Source: Eledone cirrhosa (taxonomy: Eukaryota). Taken from it: a stretch of 64,000 bases of DNA. The position numbers and the translations under genes are program-made. The stretch spans positions 4,712,001 to 4,776,000 of the forward strand of contig OZ024759.1 of assembly GCA_964016885.1 (NCBI GenBank), written 5' to 3'. The notes under the pieces are model-generated. The model saw nothing but the letters and a program-made list of their open reading frames with translations, was not told the origin of the DNA and made no database searches. Each line of letters opens with the position of its first letter. Within the stretch, counting starts at the first letter, position 1. Below are positions 1-12,342 of this stretch, piece by piece.

Positions 1-2339
1 CATCTCTTGTGTACCCAGGACCTACATTGTGTGCATTTTATAGAATTTATGCCAGTTCCTTTTCTGCATATCGAACATGGCCATTTCCCTGACGGAATCA
101 GGGTTTTGTCCTCTTTTCTACTCATCAACACTTTTGTCTTAGCTAGATTTACTCTCAGTCCTCTTGCTTCCAACTGCTGTTTCCATAGCCGGAATTTATT
201 CTCTAGCTCCTCTACTGATTCTGCCATAAGAGCCAGATCGTCAGCATAGAGAAGTTCCCATGGACAGCCAGTCTTAAACTCCTCTGTTATGGCTTGGAGG
301 ACTATAATGAACAAGAGCGGGCTGAGGACCGAACCCTGATGTACTCCTACTTGTATCTGGAATTCCTCACTAAACTCCATTCCTACCCTGACTTTACTGA
401 GAGTACCTCTGTACAAAGTTTGCACTGTCCTTACAAGCCATTCTTCAACACCCAGCTTCCTTAGGGACCACCAGATGACAGATCGGGGTACCCTATCAAA
501 GGCCTTCTCTAGGTCAACAAAGGCCAAGTATAGTGGCTTATTCTTCTCTAAGAACCTCTCTTGCATTTGTCTCACCAAGAAGAGGGCATCTGTTGTACTC
601 TTCCCAGGCACAAAACCAAACTGCATCTCATCTAGTTTGACCCTTTCTCTAATTAGTTGTGCTAAAATCCTTTCTGCCACTTTCATAACCTGATCTATCA
701 GTTTTATACCCCTATAATTGCTCCTCTCCAAAGCATCCCCTTTACCTTTGTAGCAATTTATGAGAATACTGCTGCACCAGTCTTTGGGTATGACACCACC
801 ATATATAGCCTGATTGATTATGCGTGCAACCAGTTTAGTGCCTACGTCCCCTGATGCCTTCAGCATCTCAGCAACTATTCCCGATGGTCCGGCCGCCTTA
901 CCATTTTTCATTTCCCTAATCGCCTCTTGGACCCTATATTCGTCAATCTCAATAGCTGGTCCCTCTGTCGGATCTACCAAGGGTAATTTCTCTCTCTCCC
1001 ATTCGTTCTCCACATTCATCAGTCTCTCATAATGGCATTTCCAGGCCTCCTTTTTCTGGTCATTCGTGACACTAAGTACACCGGCATCATCCCGGACACA
1101 TTTATCACCAACAACATCCTGATTTGCATTGACACACTGCCTTGCAATGTGGAACACCGCACGCCTCTGATCTTCCCGTCGCAGAACATTGGCAAACCTC
1201 CTACTCTCTGCCTCCCTGCGTGCTAAGTACACCTGACGTCTAGCTTCTCTCTTAGTGGCTGTATATTCTTCCCTACTCCCACCCTTATTCCAAGCCTTCC
1301 ATGCTAGTCTTTTGTCTCTAATAGCCTTATCTACACTGCTGTTCCACCACCAGGTCACTCTCTGTCTGGTTGGGGCTCTGCTCCAGCCACAAGTTTCATC
1401 AGTAGCCTTCAGCAAGTTGTCACGTAAGAACTTCCAGTTATTATCTATGTCATACGTCTCTAAATCGTCTTCTTTTTCGTCATATACATCTTGAAGGGCT
1501 TTCCTAAATTTGAATTTTAGTGAAAGGTCTTTTAGCTTCCAGACCTTTCTTCTCCACACCTTCCTATATGGCTCATTCCATCTCTTGCTTACTGAGATAT
1601 CACTAACAACTAACCTATGCTGTGGGGTACATTCTTCCCCAGGGTATGCCTTGGTATTAGACACTATCTGCCTGTCCCGCTGCCTAACTAGCAGGAAGTC
1701 AATCTGGCTTATGTGCTCACCAGATTTGTAGGTTATTAGGTGATTGGCAGGTTTCTGGAAGTTTGTGTTGCAAATAGTCAATGTACTTGCATCACAAAAT
1801 TCAAGAAGTCTCACTCCTTCTTCATTTCTTGAACCGTAACCATGCCCACCATGTACCCCAGTGTAACCATCCTGGAGCTGTCCAACATGACCATTGAAGT
1901 CTCCTGCTAGCATAACGATGTCTCCGTCCTCTGTCATTGTGGTTGTTTGCAAAAGTTGCTCATAAAAGCAGTCTTTCTCATCTTTGCCTAGGCCTGCTTG
2001 GGGAGCATAGACCGAGATGATTGTCAGTAGTCTCCTACCTACAACTAATCTAAGCTTAATTATTCGATTACTAACTCGAACTACCTCTATTGTCTTATTG
2101 ATCCATTTCTCAGCCAGGAAAATGCCTACTCCCCCTAACCCATCATCCTTACCTACCCAGAATAGCTTATAGCTAAGACGCTTGCCTACGACTAGTCTCG
2201 CAGAGGCACCTCTCCATCTCACCTCTTGCACGCAGCACACATCCACCTGCCTTCTCTCCAGCATCTCCGCTATTTCAGCAGATCTACCTCTGAGAGTGCC
2301 AACATTAAGTGTTGCAACTCTGAGATGCGACGTCTTCAT
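1..2339 (-). mobile_element. RTE-clade LINE, 5' part: APE endonuclease plus RT ORF running off the window edge
   Basis: Starts MKTSHLRVATLNVGTL; contains AYAPQ, GDFNGHVG, DLEKAFDRV, QGSVLSP, YADDL and a PHD-like finger at the edge. The start frame matches the frame at base 1, and no stop-terminated minus ORF is listed. Confidence 0.9.
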
Positions 2340-3344
2340 ATTTTTTTTTCTATGCTGTTTTGTTGCTGTGCTGATAAGCTTTTTGGCATTGATACACTGG
2401 TTGGATGCCCTTCCTAACACCAGCGCCACTTTACAGCATGGACTGGGTGCTTTTATTTGTGCCACCAGCACTAGAGAGGATGTCTTACTAGACTCAAGGG
2501 CCCTCTCTACCCCTCCATTTTACAGCATGGTCATTTAAAAAAAAAAAAAAAAAAAAAAACTTATTGACACGACTCACACACTAATACTCATGCATACAAA
2601 CCACAACCACACATACCAACACTCATTCATGCATACAATCACACACACAACTCACAAACACATATATATATATACATATATTACCGACAGTTCTGATACA
2701 AAATCAAAATCAAAGTCAAAATCGTCAAAATCACTATCATGTCAACTGTTGACCTTTCCCAGTCCAGTTCGGCTTGTATATAATAACAATAACAATAATA
2801 ATTGTTTGTTTACGCTGGTAATGGCGGTGGTGGATGGTGTCAGTGTGGTGGTGGTGGATGGTATCAGCGTGGTGGTGGTGGATGGTCAGTGATGGTGGTG
2901 ACAGTTGTTGGTGCTGTAGTTGTTACTGTTGTTGTTGTCCTTCATTTCACTGCTGCTGTTGCTGCAGACAATGGTGTTGATGCTGTTATTGCTGTCGCAT
3001 ATATACAAATACATACACACACATTCAACACAGACGATTATGCATATTAATTTCAGTTTGGCGTCGTTGGGGTGGGCGGAGTCCTTTGAAACCTATGAAC
3101 CAATGATAATCGAGAATTGTGACACACGGAATACTGACGTTCTTCAAATTAATAAATAGATATATATATATCATCATCATCATCATCATCATCATTTTAC
3201 GTCCGCTTTTCTCTGCTTGCAAGCCATGTGCCTCTTCCTATATATACATATATACTATATACATATACACACATATACATATATATATGTATATATATAT
3301 ATGTATATATATATACGTAATTAATACATGCATACATTTATTTT

Positions 3345-3905
3345 TTTTAAATTAATTGAGTTCTTAACACGCAGGATTAAAATTGTTTTTAAAAAAACTA
3401 ATTAACCCACGTGTATATTATTTTACTTTCTTGTGTTTCGCGATTGCCTCCCTTTTCCGCTTCGTGACGCTGTGAAATTCCTCAGTCTAGGACTGCTGGA
3501 ATTTCAAATTTGGCGGTCATTATGATGCGTGAAGGGACGACTTAGCTGACACGAAAAATAACTGCAGTAAGAAATGTTTTCTTATATCAATGTTTGAAGG
3601 GCATCCACTGATGATTTATAAGTGCCCACCTGCATATGTTCTTACAGAAAAATATGTAGGCTTCTACATAAACCGGAAACATTCTCCCAACTTGTAGAAA
3701 ACTTATAATGAAACAATTGTTTGGAAAGAGAGATATATTTTAATTTTAATTATATCTCATATAAAATAATACAACTGGCTTTCCACAAAATACATATAGT
3801 TAGCACCCCAAACACAAAATTGGGATTATACTAAGGTATATCCTAATGTTTGTTGAGTGAGATGGTAGTCAGTCAGAGTTTAGCTTAAAGCTTTCTCTGT
3901 TATTG
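3345..3905 (+). mobile_element. About 550-bp non-coding hammerhead-carrying element (Penelope pLTR/retrozyme-like) flanked by (TA)n
   Basis: Colinear homology to the reverse complement of 43485-44010 (e.g. tagcaccccaaacac, ggtatatcctaatgtttgttgagtgagatggt). Confidence 0.6.
3604..3725 (+). ncRNA. Type-I hammerhead ribozyme motif with enlarged, branched stem II
   Basis: tcca-CTGATGA-t-ttataagt[...]acttataa-t-GAAA-caattg-TT-tgga. Confidence 0.7.
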
Positions 3906-3950
3906 TATTAAATATATGTATATATATATATATATATGTATCTATATATA

Positions 3951-6925
3951 TCACCTTGACCGACCAGTCTGTCGGGCGTCCATTCGACGCCGCTGGTCAC
4001 AGCACGCCGTCCATTCCTCTCCGTATTGTGCTTTCCTCATCCATGTAGTCCCAATCATATTCCTAAAATTATCTGCCACCTTCATGGAGGCCTTCCGAGT
4101 GGTCGCTTCCACTCGCACGGGTACCACTCCGCAACTGCGCAGGTCCAGTGATTATCGGTGAACCGGGCGACGTGTCCAGCCCATCTGAACTTGCTGCGTA
4201 TATATTGCGCGATGACGTCCCTCACACCGGACTTCTGTCTAATGACTTCGCTCCTGATGTGCTCTCTCAACAAGATTCCTAGCATTGATCTCTCCATGGC
4301 TCTTTGAGCCGTTACCAGCCTCTGCTCTTCTCTCTTCGTTGTAGCCCAAGATTCACTGCCATATAACATTGCAGGTAAAACTGTGCTATTGAAGGGGTTG
4401 GCGTGGGTGGTCTTGTCCAACCTCCCCTTGAGCACATCCCTTATGCCGCTGAACGCCTTCCATCCCTTACTCTCTGCGAGATCAGCCTCTCAATGTATTG
4501 GCGCATGTTCACTTCTTGTCCTAGGTAGACGTATTCCTCCACCTCCTCTATTTCATCACCACCAACCACCATTCGACCTGTTGGTACGTTGTCGGACCGC
4601 ATGAAGTTCGTTTTCATGCTGTTCATCTTGAGGCCTACTGCAGAGCTTTTGATGTCGAGCTCCGTCAGCATGGTCTGAAGCCGATCCGTGGTTTCAGCGA
4701 TGAGTACGATGTCATCAGCGAAACGGAGGTGGGTAAGTATCTCCCCATTGATGGTGACACCGCCTTGCCAGTCAATGCCTCTGATGATCTGCTCGAGACA
4801 CGCGGTGAAAACTTTTGGAGAGATCGTATCTCCTTGCTTCACTCCCTTCTCGACCGGCACTCGTACGGGTGATGACAGCAGAGCTGTGTCGGTGGTGCAT
4901 CCGGAATTCGCCTCCTTGAGCAGTTGAACGTATTCTGCCTCGACTCCTTGCCTCTGCAGCGAGTTCAGCACTGCGTTGATTTCGACGCTGTCGAAGGCCT
5001 TCTTGTAGTCTACGAACGCGACGCAAAGAGGCATCTTGTACTCTTTTGCTTGCTCAAGCAGTTGTGTCAGAGTAAATATGTGGTCCATCGTGCTGTAGTT
5101 CTTCCGGAAGCCGGCTTGCTCTTTCGGTTGCGGTTCGTCCAGATGATGTGATAACCTGTTCAGGATTATCTTCGTGAACAGCTTGTACACGTGAGACAGC
5201 AGGAATATGGGTCAGTAGTTCTTCAGATCTTGTCTATCGCCCTTCTTTTATAGCAGGATGGTATTCGACTCTTTCCACTGCGAGGGTATTCTTCCCTCGT
5301 CCAGATCGTGTGTGAATCGCTCGGCGAGGATTTTCCAGAGCTGTTCTCCGCCTGACTTCAACACCTCCGATGTTATTCCGTCTTTCCCTGGCGCCTTTCC
5401 GCTTTTCATTACACCGACGGCTCTTTCCACCTCACCGACAAGGATGGGTGGCACATTTTCTTCCTGTTGGAGTGACGGCAACGGCTGCACATTCCCGGCA
5501 GACTTGAAGAGCTTGGTGTAGAAGTCTTCGTAAATCTTTTCCATCTCATTCTTGTCGCTGACCGGTACTCCAGCTGTGTTCTTCAGGATCGTCACCTTCG
5601 ATCTGTACATTGCCATGTCCGTCTCGCATTTCTTGAGGCTCTTCTTTTCCTCTGCGGCCTTCAGGAGCTTCCCCATCCGGTATGCCTCGAAGTCTCTCTT
5701 CAGTTGCCGTATCACTCTGCTGAGAAGGGAATATTCGAGGTGATTTTCAGGTGTCCTCTTCATAATCTTCCTCTTCTCAAGCAACTTCATAGTTTCCTCC
5801 CAGACTCTTCCCTTCCGCTCCTTCGGGCACACACCCTTAGCCTTCCTCAAGCACTCCTTCAGTTTCCTTATCAGTGAGTCGTAGTCAGCGTCTATGCCGT
5901 CTCCTTTACACCACTTTTCCTGCATGATGGCTTCCTGCTGCTGCGCCTCGTTGAAGACCCAGACGCGTTCTCCCTTCGACGCCAAATGCAGCGCCTTCTT
6001 CTCCCTCGTCCGATCGATGACGACCTTCGGCCTCACCAGACGATGATCACTGCCAGTGTTAAATGGCGTTATGACGGAGACGTCCTGCAGTATACGTCGC
6101 TTGTCGACCAAGATGTAGTCGATCTCGTTTCCGTGCTCAGAATTTAGCGATACCCAGGTCCATCTTTTCTCCTCCTTCTTCCTGAATAGGCTGTTTCCGA
6201 TGTAGAGCCGTCTCATCTCCGCCATGGTGACCAGACACTCTCCTCTCTCATTTCGATCTCCTAGGCCGAATTTTCCTACATACTCTTCCCCTTGCCGTCC
6301 CTGTCCGACCTTTGCGTTGAAGTCCCCCATCACTACGGTGTAAGTGGACTTCACAGCTAGCACTTTGTCTAGCTGGCGATAGAATTCTTCCACTTCCTGG
6401 TCGTCGCTGGCACTTGTGGGAGCGTAGGTCTGGATGATCTTGAGGGTGGCCTTCCCTGAGAGGTTTATGTTCAGTACACCAATCCGTGACGATATGAACT
6501 GGCAAGAAGTGACCTTCGAAGCCCATTCCTTGCTTACGATAAACCCTATACCAATCTGGCATCCTCTGCTTTCCCGAGTCTCACGGCGCATCCATCTTGC
6601 CATCGGGAATTCGCCTCCTTCTTCTGGCGGGTCTTGCACAGCCCTAACACGTCCCACCTGATCTTCTTCTTCTCCTCCATTAGGTGGTTCAGTCCTTGCC
6701 CCCTGCCAAAGACCTGCAGTTGTATGTGCATATGGCAAGGTTAGTCCTGTTCCATGGCGGCCTTCGGGAACCTGCGATTCTTAGCAGCCTCTCGTCGCTC
6801 GGGTCGCACTCCGCCGTCATGGAGCAGCCCGATTGACTCGCAGGGTACTGAGGCCCTTTTCTTCGTGCTGTTTTAACCATAAGATGACGCCATCCCATTG
6901 GCTGGGCGGGCAGGCCGGTACCTCT
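3951..6925 (-). mobile_element. Near full-length, decayed, GC-rich RTE-1-like LINE inserted in (TA)n
   Basis: Broken ORF pieces 5248-6738 (APE: YAPTS, GDFNAK, SDHRL), 4441-5190 (RT: KAFDSV, QGDTISP, FADD) and 4082-4435 (RWAGHVAR, RPLGRPP). Confidence 0.9.
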
Positions 6926-7016
6926 TCAGTTTAGCTAGCTTTTGAACTCTAGAAGATGATGAATCATCTCTAGGACCCAATTCGGGTCAAACAAATAAAA
7001 AAAAATATATATATAC

Positions 7017-7051
<35 letters not shown>

Positions 7052-7055
7052 CATA

Positions 7056-7193
7056 TACTTGGGGAGGTTCATATTGTTGTAATAATATTGCCAGAAATAA
7101 TAACAGAACACACTCACTGTTTGGTTGGTTTTCGCTTCTGTATCTTTTATATCTCCATAGTTAATTTATTTGGCAATCAAAGAACTTTGTTAG

Positions 7194-7243
<50 letters not shown>

Positions 7244-7369
7244 ACCATTGGTCAATCAATGCCAAATAAATTAACTATGGAGATATAAAAGATACAGAAG
7301 CGAAAACCAACCAAACAGTGTTATTATTTCTGGCAATATTATTACAACAATATGAACCTCCCCAAGTAT

Positions 7370-7370
<1 letters not shown>
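7056..7370. repeat. Inverted repeat with about 115-bp arms and a (TA)n spacer
   Basis: cttggggaggttcat...tttggcaat versus attgccaaa...atgaacctccccaag. Confidence 0.85.
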
Positions 7371-7432
<62 letters not shown>

Positions 7433-8211
7433 TATATACACACACACATATATATATACACACACACATATATATACACACACATATATATACACACACA
7501 TATATATATACACACATATATATATATACATATATATATATACACATCATCATCATCATTCTACGTCCACTTTTCCCTGCTTGCAAGGGTGGGATGGGAA
7601 CTGATCCTGGCTTGATTTCTACAGCTGGATGCCCTTCCTAACACCAACCTCATTTACAGTGAGTGCTGGGTGCTTTTTTTGCCGTGGCACCTCCACGACC
7701 ACTTTACAGTGGAATGATAGGGACCCCAGTCCCTATCATCTCATTTCTACAGCTGAGTAAACTGGAGCAATGTGAAATAAAGTGTCTTGCTCAAGGAAAC
7801 AACGCATCACGTGGTCTGAGAATTGAACTCACAACCTTTCGATTGCAAGGCCAATGCTCTAACTACTAAGCCATGTGCCTCCATTCATATATATATACAT
7901 ATATATATATACACACACATATATATCTAAGTCTAAAGTCTGTCTTAAGCCAGCAGGCTCATTTGGCCGGTGCTTATACCGGTTTCATGGCGTGAAGTGA
8001 GTGGGAGTACAAGACTACCCCCTGGACAGGATGCCAGTCCATCGCAGGGTTAAACCTCCAGCTATTGCTGGTACACATTTTCAGCTGAGTAAACTGGAGC
8101 AACGTGAAATAAAGTGTCTTTCTCAAGGAAACAACACATCACCCGGTCCAAGAATGGAACTCACACCTTTCGATTGAAAGCCTAATGCTCTAACCACTAA
8201 GCCATGTGCCT

Positions 8212-8255
<44 letters not shown>

Positions 8256-8474
8256 AGTATGTATGTATGTATACATACATACATATATGTATACAGACGT
8301 ATAGTAGTATGTATATATATACATACATGCACACATATATATATGTACGTATCAGTTTACCAAACATTTATTATAATGCTCGGTTTGTTTGTTTGTAAAC
8401 AAACAAACAGCCCGAATTACGCCGTACAGTGTTTAGGCAACCACGTCACCTTTTTGTTCAACACTGACACAGGA

Positions 8475-8517
8475 ATGATGTACTAGTTTCAAGCTTATTA
8501 GCTATCGTCAGCATTGT
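8475..8517 (-). ncRNA. Minimal type-I hammerhead motif
   Basis: Minus strand: aatg-CTGACGA-t-agct-aata-agct-t-GAAA-ctag-TA-cat. Confidence 0.65.
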
Positions 8518-9035
8518 ATACCTTCCTGCCAGATGGTTGAACGTCTGAAAGTATATACTTTCCTTATGCATATTAACGGCTGAGCAGCCTAATTTGCATA
8601 TCGCGTGAGATCAGTCGGCTGGGCACACCGAAAACGATAAATGGAATAGAATGAAACGAAATTTCATTTCTCACTCTTAGTAAGGCACTTACTTAAATGT
8701 AAGTATGTATGTATACGTACATACATATATGTATACAGACGTACAGTAGTATGTATATATATACATACATGCACACATATATATATGCACGTATCGGTTT
8801 ACCGAACATTTATTATAATGTTCGGTTTATTTGTTTGTAAACAAACAAACAGCCCGAATTACGCCGTACAGTGTTTAGGCAACCACGTCACCTTCGTTTC
8901 ATTCTATTCCATTTATCGTTTTCAGTGTGCCCGGCCGACTGAACTCACTCAATATGCAAATTAGGCTGCTCAGCCATTAATATGCATAAGGAAAGTATAT
9001 ACTTTCAGATGTTCAACCATCTAGCAGGAAGGTAT

Positions 9036-9078
9036 ACGGTGCTGACGATAGCTAATAAGCTTGAAATGAGTACATTGT
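9036..9078 (+). ncRNA. Minimal type-I hammerhead motif (inverted twin of 8475-8517)
   Basis: acggtg-CTGACGA-tagctaataagctt-GAAA-tgag-TA-cattgt. Confidence 0.6.
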
Positions 9079-9405
9079 TCCTGTGTCAGTGTTGAACAAA
9101 AAGGTGACGTGGTTGCCTAAACATTGTACGGCGTAATTCGGGCTGTTTACAAACAAACAAACCGGACATTATAATAAATGTTCAGTAAACCGATACGTGC
9201 ATATATATATGTGTGCATGTATGTATATATATATATATATGTATATACATATATATATATATACACACACACACACAATTATATAGAACAATAAAATATG
9301 GCACCAGATGTTCAACCCAAGACCTTATGATTGAGAACAGCACACCTGTAACCTCTAAGCTATATATCTTCACACAGACTTTCTGATAAAGACAGAAGTA
9401 CCCAC

Positions 9406-9543
9406 CTGACTGACAGTTGTCTCCCCTGAAACCAGCTGCACATCCAACACTAGAACACACCCCAGATTTAATGTCGCAATGATCGTTGTCAGCACAGTGG
9501 CACAAATACTGACAGTTCAAGCCAAAATAACCCTTTTTACATT
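9406..9543 (-). CDS. EGF-like exon 14 (138 nt)
   Basis: poly-T-cag acceptor, GTGGGT donor; CKKGYFGLNCQYLCHCADNDHCDIKSGVCSSVGCAAGFRGDNCQS. Confidence 0.87.
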
Positions 9544-9667
9544 CTGAAAAAAAAAAAAAAAGAAAATAGAATTATATACACAACATATATATAAAATTAT
9601 ACACAATAACACATATATACAATTATACACAGCTATAACATACATATACACAATTATACATAACTAT

Positions 9668-10025
9668 AATGCCAATGTGCGTGAATGACCAAGCATAGAC
9701 GAGTTGAGAAAGAAACTGGGTATAAGAGGGATAAGTTGTGGTGTGTAGGAGAGAAGGCTGAGCTGAGATGGTATGGACATGTGATGCGCATGGAGGATGA
9801 CCGCTGGGTAAAGAAGTGCCAAGAAATCCCAGTAGAAGGAAGACGCAGTAGAGGTAGACCATGAAAAACATGGGCGGAGGTGGTGAGAGAAGACCTCAAA
9901 TTGCTGAAACTCACGGAGGAGATGACAAGGGACCGTGACGAATGAAGAGATGCCATGCTTAATAAGACCCGTCCCACCCTTGCAAGCAGGGAAAAGCGGA
10001 CGTAAAATGATGATGATGATGATAA
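9668..10025 (+). mobile_element. Short 3' fragment of an RTE LINE (similar copy at 51075-51430)
   Basis: LRWYGHVMRMEDD..KKC..GRP followed by a (TGA)n tail. Confidence 0.8.
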
Positions 10026-10206
10026 TAATAAAATTATTGTGTACAGTGCTCAGGTGCACTACAACTCATCAATGGTGAATGTATAGTACATTAGTGAACA
10101 GACAGTGAACAGTGTATGAGTCATGAGATACACACAGACACATGCATGCGTGTGTATGGAGGGGGAATATCAGGTGTAGTGTTGGCGCAAAAAAAAAATA
10201 AAAGGA

Positions 10207-10266
10207 AATGCTTACAGCACCTAGGTTTCTCAAGTGGTTTCCCATCTAAGTACTAACTAGGCTCGA
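10207..10266 (-). pseudogene. 5S rRNA 3'-half fragment
   Basis: Minus strand tcgagcctagttagtacttagatgggaaaccacttgagaaacctaggtgctgtaagc matches the eukaryotic 5S 3' half; followed by a T-run. Confidence 0.75.
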
Positions 10267-11069
10267 GTCAAGATATATGTGTGTGTGTGTATGTATGTAT
10301 GGAGGGGGAATATTAGGTGCAGGGTTGGCGAATTTCAGGCAACATGGAGGTTTTAAAGGATGCAGTGTCCCGGCAGCTAACAACTGATGCAGGTAGTTTG
10401 TTCCATGCTTCAGTGAATTTCAGGAAGCATGGAGGTTTTAAAGGATGCAGTGTCCTGGCAGCACACAACTGATGCGGGTAGTTTGTTCCATACTTCAGCA
10501 AATTTTTATATATATTGATTGACCAACAGTTAAAAAATATAAATATAAATATAGTTTCTCAGAGTTTTTTCATCACATATCTGTGACATCATCAGTGATA
10601 TTTCTATGCTTGTCATATTCCTGTGATGTTTTCTTATTCTATTTTATTTATTTGCAGTAGTTCCAACGTAAAAGACTTTCATAATAGTTGATCACTATAA
10701 ATAACAGTTAGGAAAACCAGATAAAGTACATGTGGAGATAGAAAGAAGTAGACGGAGGGTCCTGTAAGGAACAGGTGCAAGTTTGCTTCCTTGCAAATAC
10801 TTCTGTCTACATCTACCTTTCTCCTGAGATACTTTACTACCCACATTAACCTGTCACCTGTGGTCCATTACTGTCTACCAGGAATAATAATTGTTTCTAC
10901 TTTAGGCACAAGGTCAGAAATTATCCAAGTGTATTACTGGTACTTTATTTTATCGACCCCGTAAGGATGAAAGGCAAAGTTAACTTCGGTGGGATTTGAA
11001 CTCAGATTGTAAAGGGACATAACTATGCTGGAAAGCACGGCATCCGACTCTCTACCGATACTGCCATAA

Positions 11070-11966
11070 TACAGTTATACTAGTTAGAAGTAGAAATAAA
11101 AGACTATTAAACATATGTAGTCATTAATAATATAGTTATACTAGTTAGTAGTAAAAGTAAAAGAGTAATACACCTATGTAGCCATTAATAATATAGTTAT
11201 ACTAGTTAGTAGTAAAAGTAAAAGAGTAATAAACCTATGTAGTCATTAATAATATAGTTATACTAGTTAGTAGTAAAAGTAAAAGAGTAATAAACCTATG
11301 TAGTCATTAATAATATAGTTATACTAGTTAGTAGTAAAAGTAATAGAGTAATAAACCTATGTAGTCATTAATAATATAGTTATACTAGTTAGTAGTAAAA
11401 GTAAAAGAGTATTAAACATATGTAGTCATTAATAATATAGTTATACTAGTTAGTAGTAAAAGTAAAAGAGTATTAAACATATGTAGTCATTAATAATATA
11501 GTTATACTAGTTAGTAGTAAAAGTGAAAGAGTAATACACCTATGTAGTCATTAATAATTTAGTTATACTAGTTAGTAGTAAAAGTGAAAGAGTAATACAC
11601 CTATGTAGCCATTAATAATATAGTTATACTAGTTAGTAGTAAAAGTAAAAGAGTAATAAACCTATGTAGACATTAATAATATAGTTATACTAGTTAGTAG
11701 TAAACGTAAAAGAGTAATAAACATATGTAGACATTAATAATATAGTTATACTAGTAAGTAGTAAAAGTAAAAGAGTAATAAACCTATGTAGACATTAATA
11801 ATATAGTTATACTAGTTAGTAGTAAACGTAAAAGAGTAATAAACATATGTAGACATTAATAATATAGTTATACTAGTTAGTAGTAAAAGTAAAAGAGTAA
11901 TAAACATATGTAGACATTAATAATATAGTTATACTAGTTAGTAGTAAACGTAAAAGAGTATTAAAC
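11070..11966. repeat. 59-bp AT-rich minisatellite, about 15 copies
   Basis: Unit atagttatactagttagtagtaaaagtaaaagagtaataaacctatgtag...; ends a few nt from the exon-13 donor. Confidence 0.9.
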
Positions 11967-11970
11967 CAAC

Positions 11971-12108
11971 CAGTTTGACAATCAGTTCCTATATAGCCTG
12001 GTTCACAGTTGCCCTCTTCACAAACACCATTGGTTCTGTTGCAGTATTTACTTTCTTCACAATGACAAACCTTTTGACAGTTAGACCCAAAAGTATTGCT
12101 TGGACAGA
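11971..12108 (-). CDS. EGF-like exon 13 (138 nt)
   Basis: catccag acceptor, GTTGGT donor; CPSNTFGSNCQKVCHCEESKYCNRTNGVCEEGNCEPGYIGTDCQT. Confidence 0.83.
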
Positions 12109-12342
12109 CTGGATGAAATAAAGGATCAAACAGAAATTTAGTAAATTTAACCCTTTAGCATTTACATTACTTTATATATATATACTATTGTATTTTTACA
12201 GTAAACACTTTATCACATATTATGGAGTCTAGGAGATTTTGATGATGATATTATTTATTTTGAGAAGAATACCTTAATGTCAGTATTGGTGACCGGTTAT
12301 TGAAAGAAGTCAATATATAACCCTTTAGCATTTACATTACTC

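Larger units (their letters stand above)
8255..9240. repeat. Fold-back element: long inverted repeat plus an internal partial direct copy
   Basis: About 8300-8660 is the reverse complement of about 8894-9240; 8700-8893 repeats 8255-8451. Confidence 0.85.

Noticed and set aside
7-2538. Short plus-strand ORFs
   Set aside because: Antisense shadows of the RTE ORF
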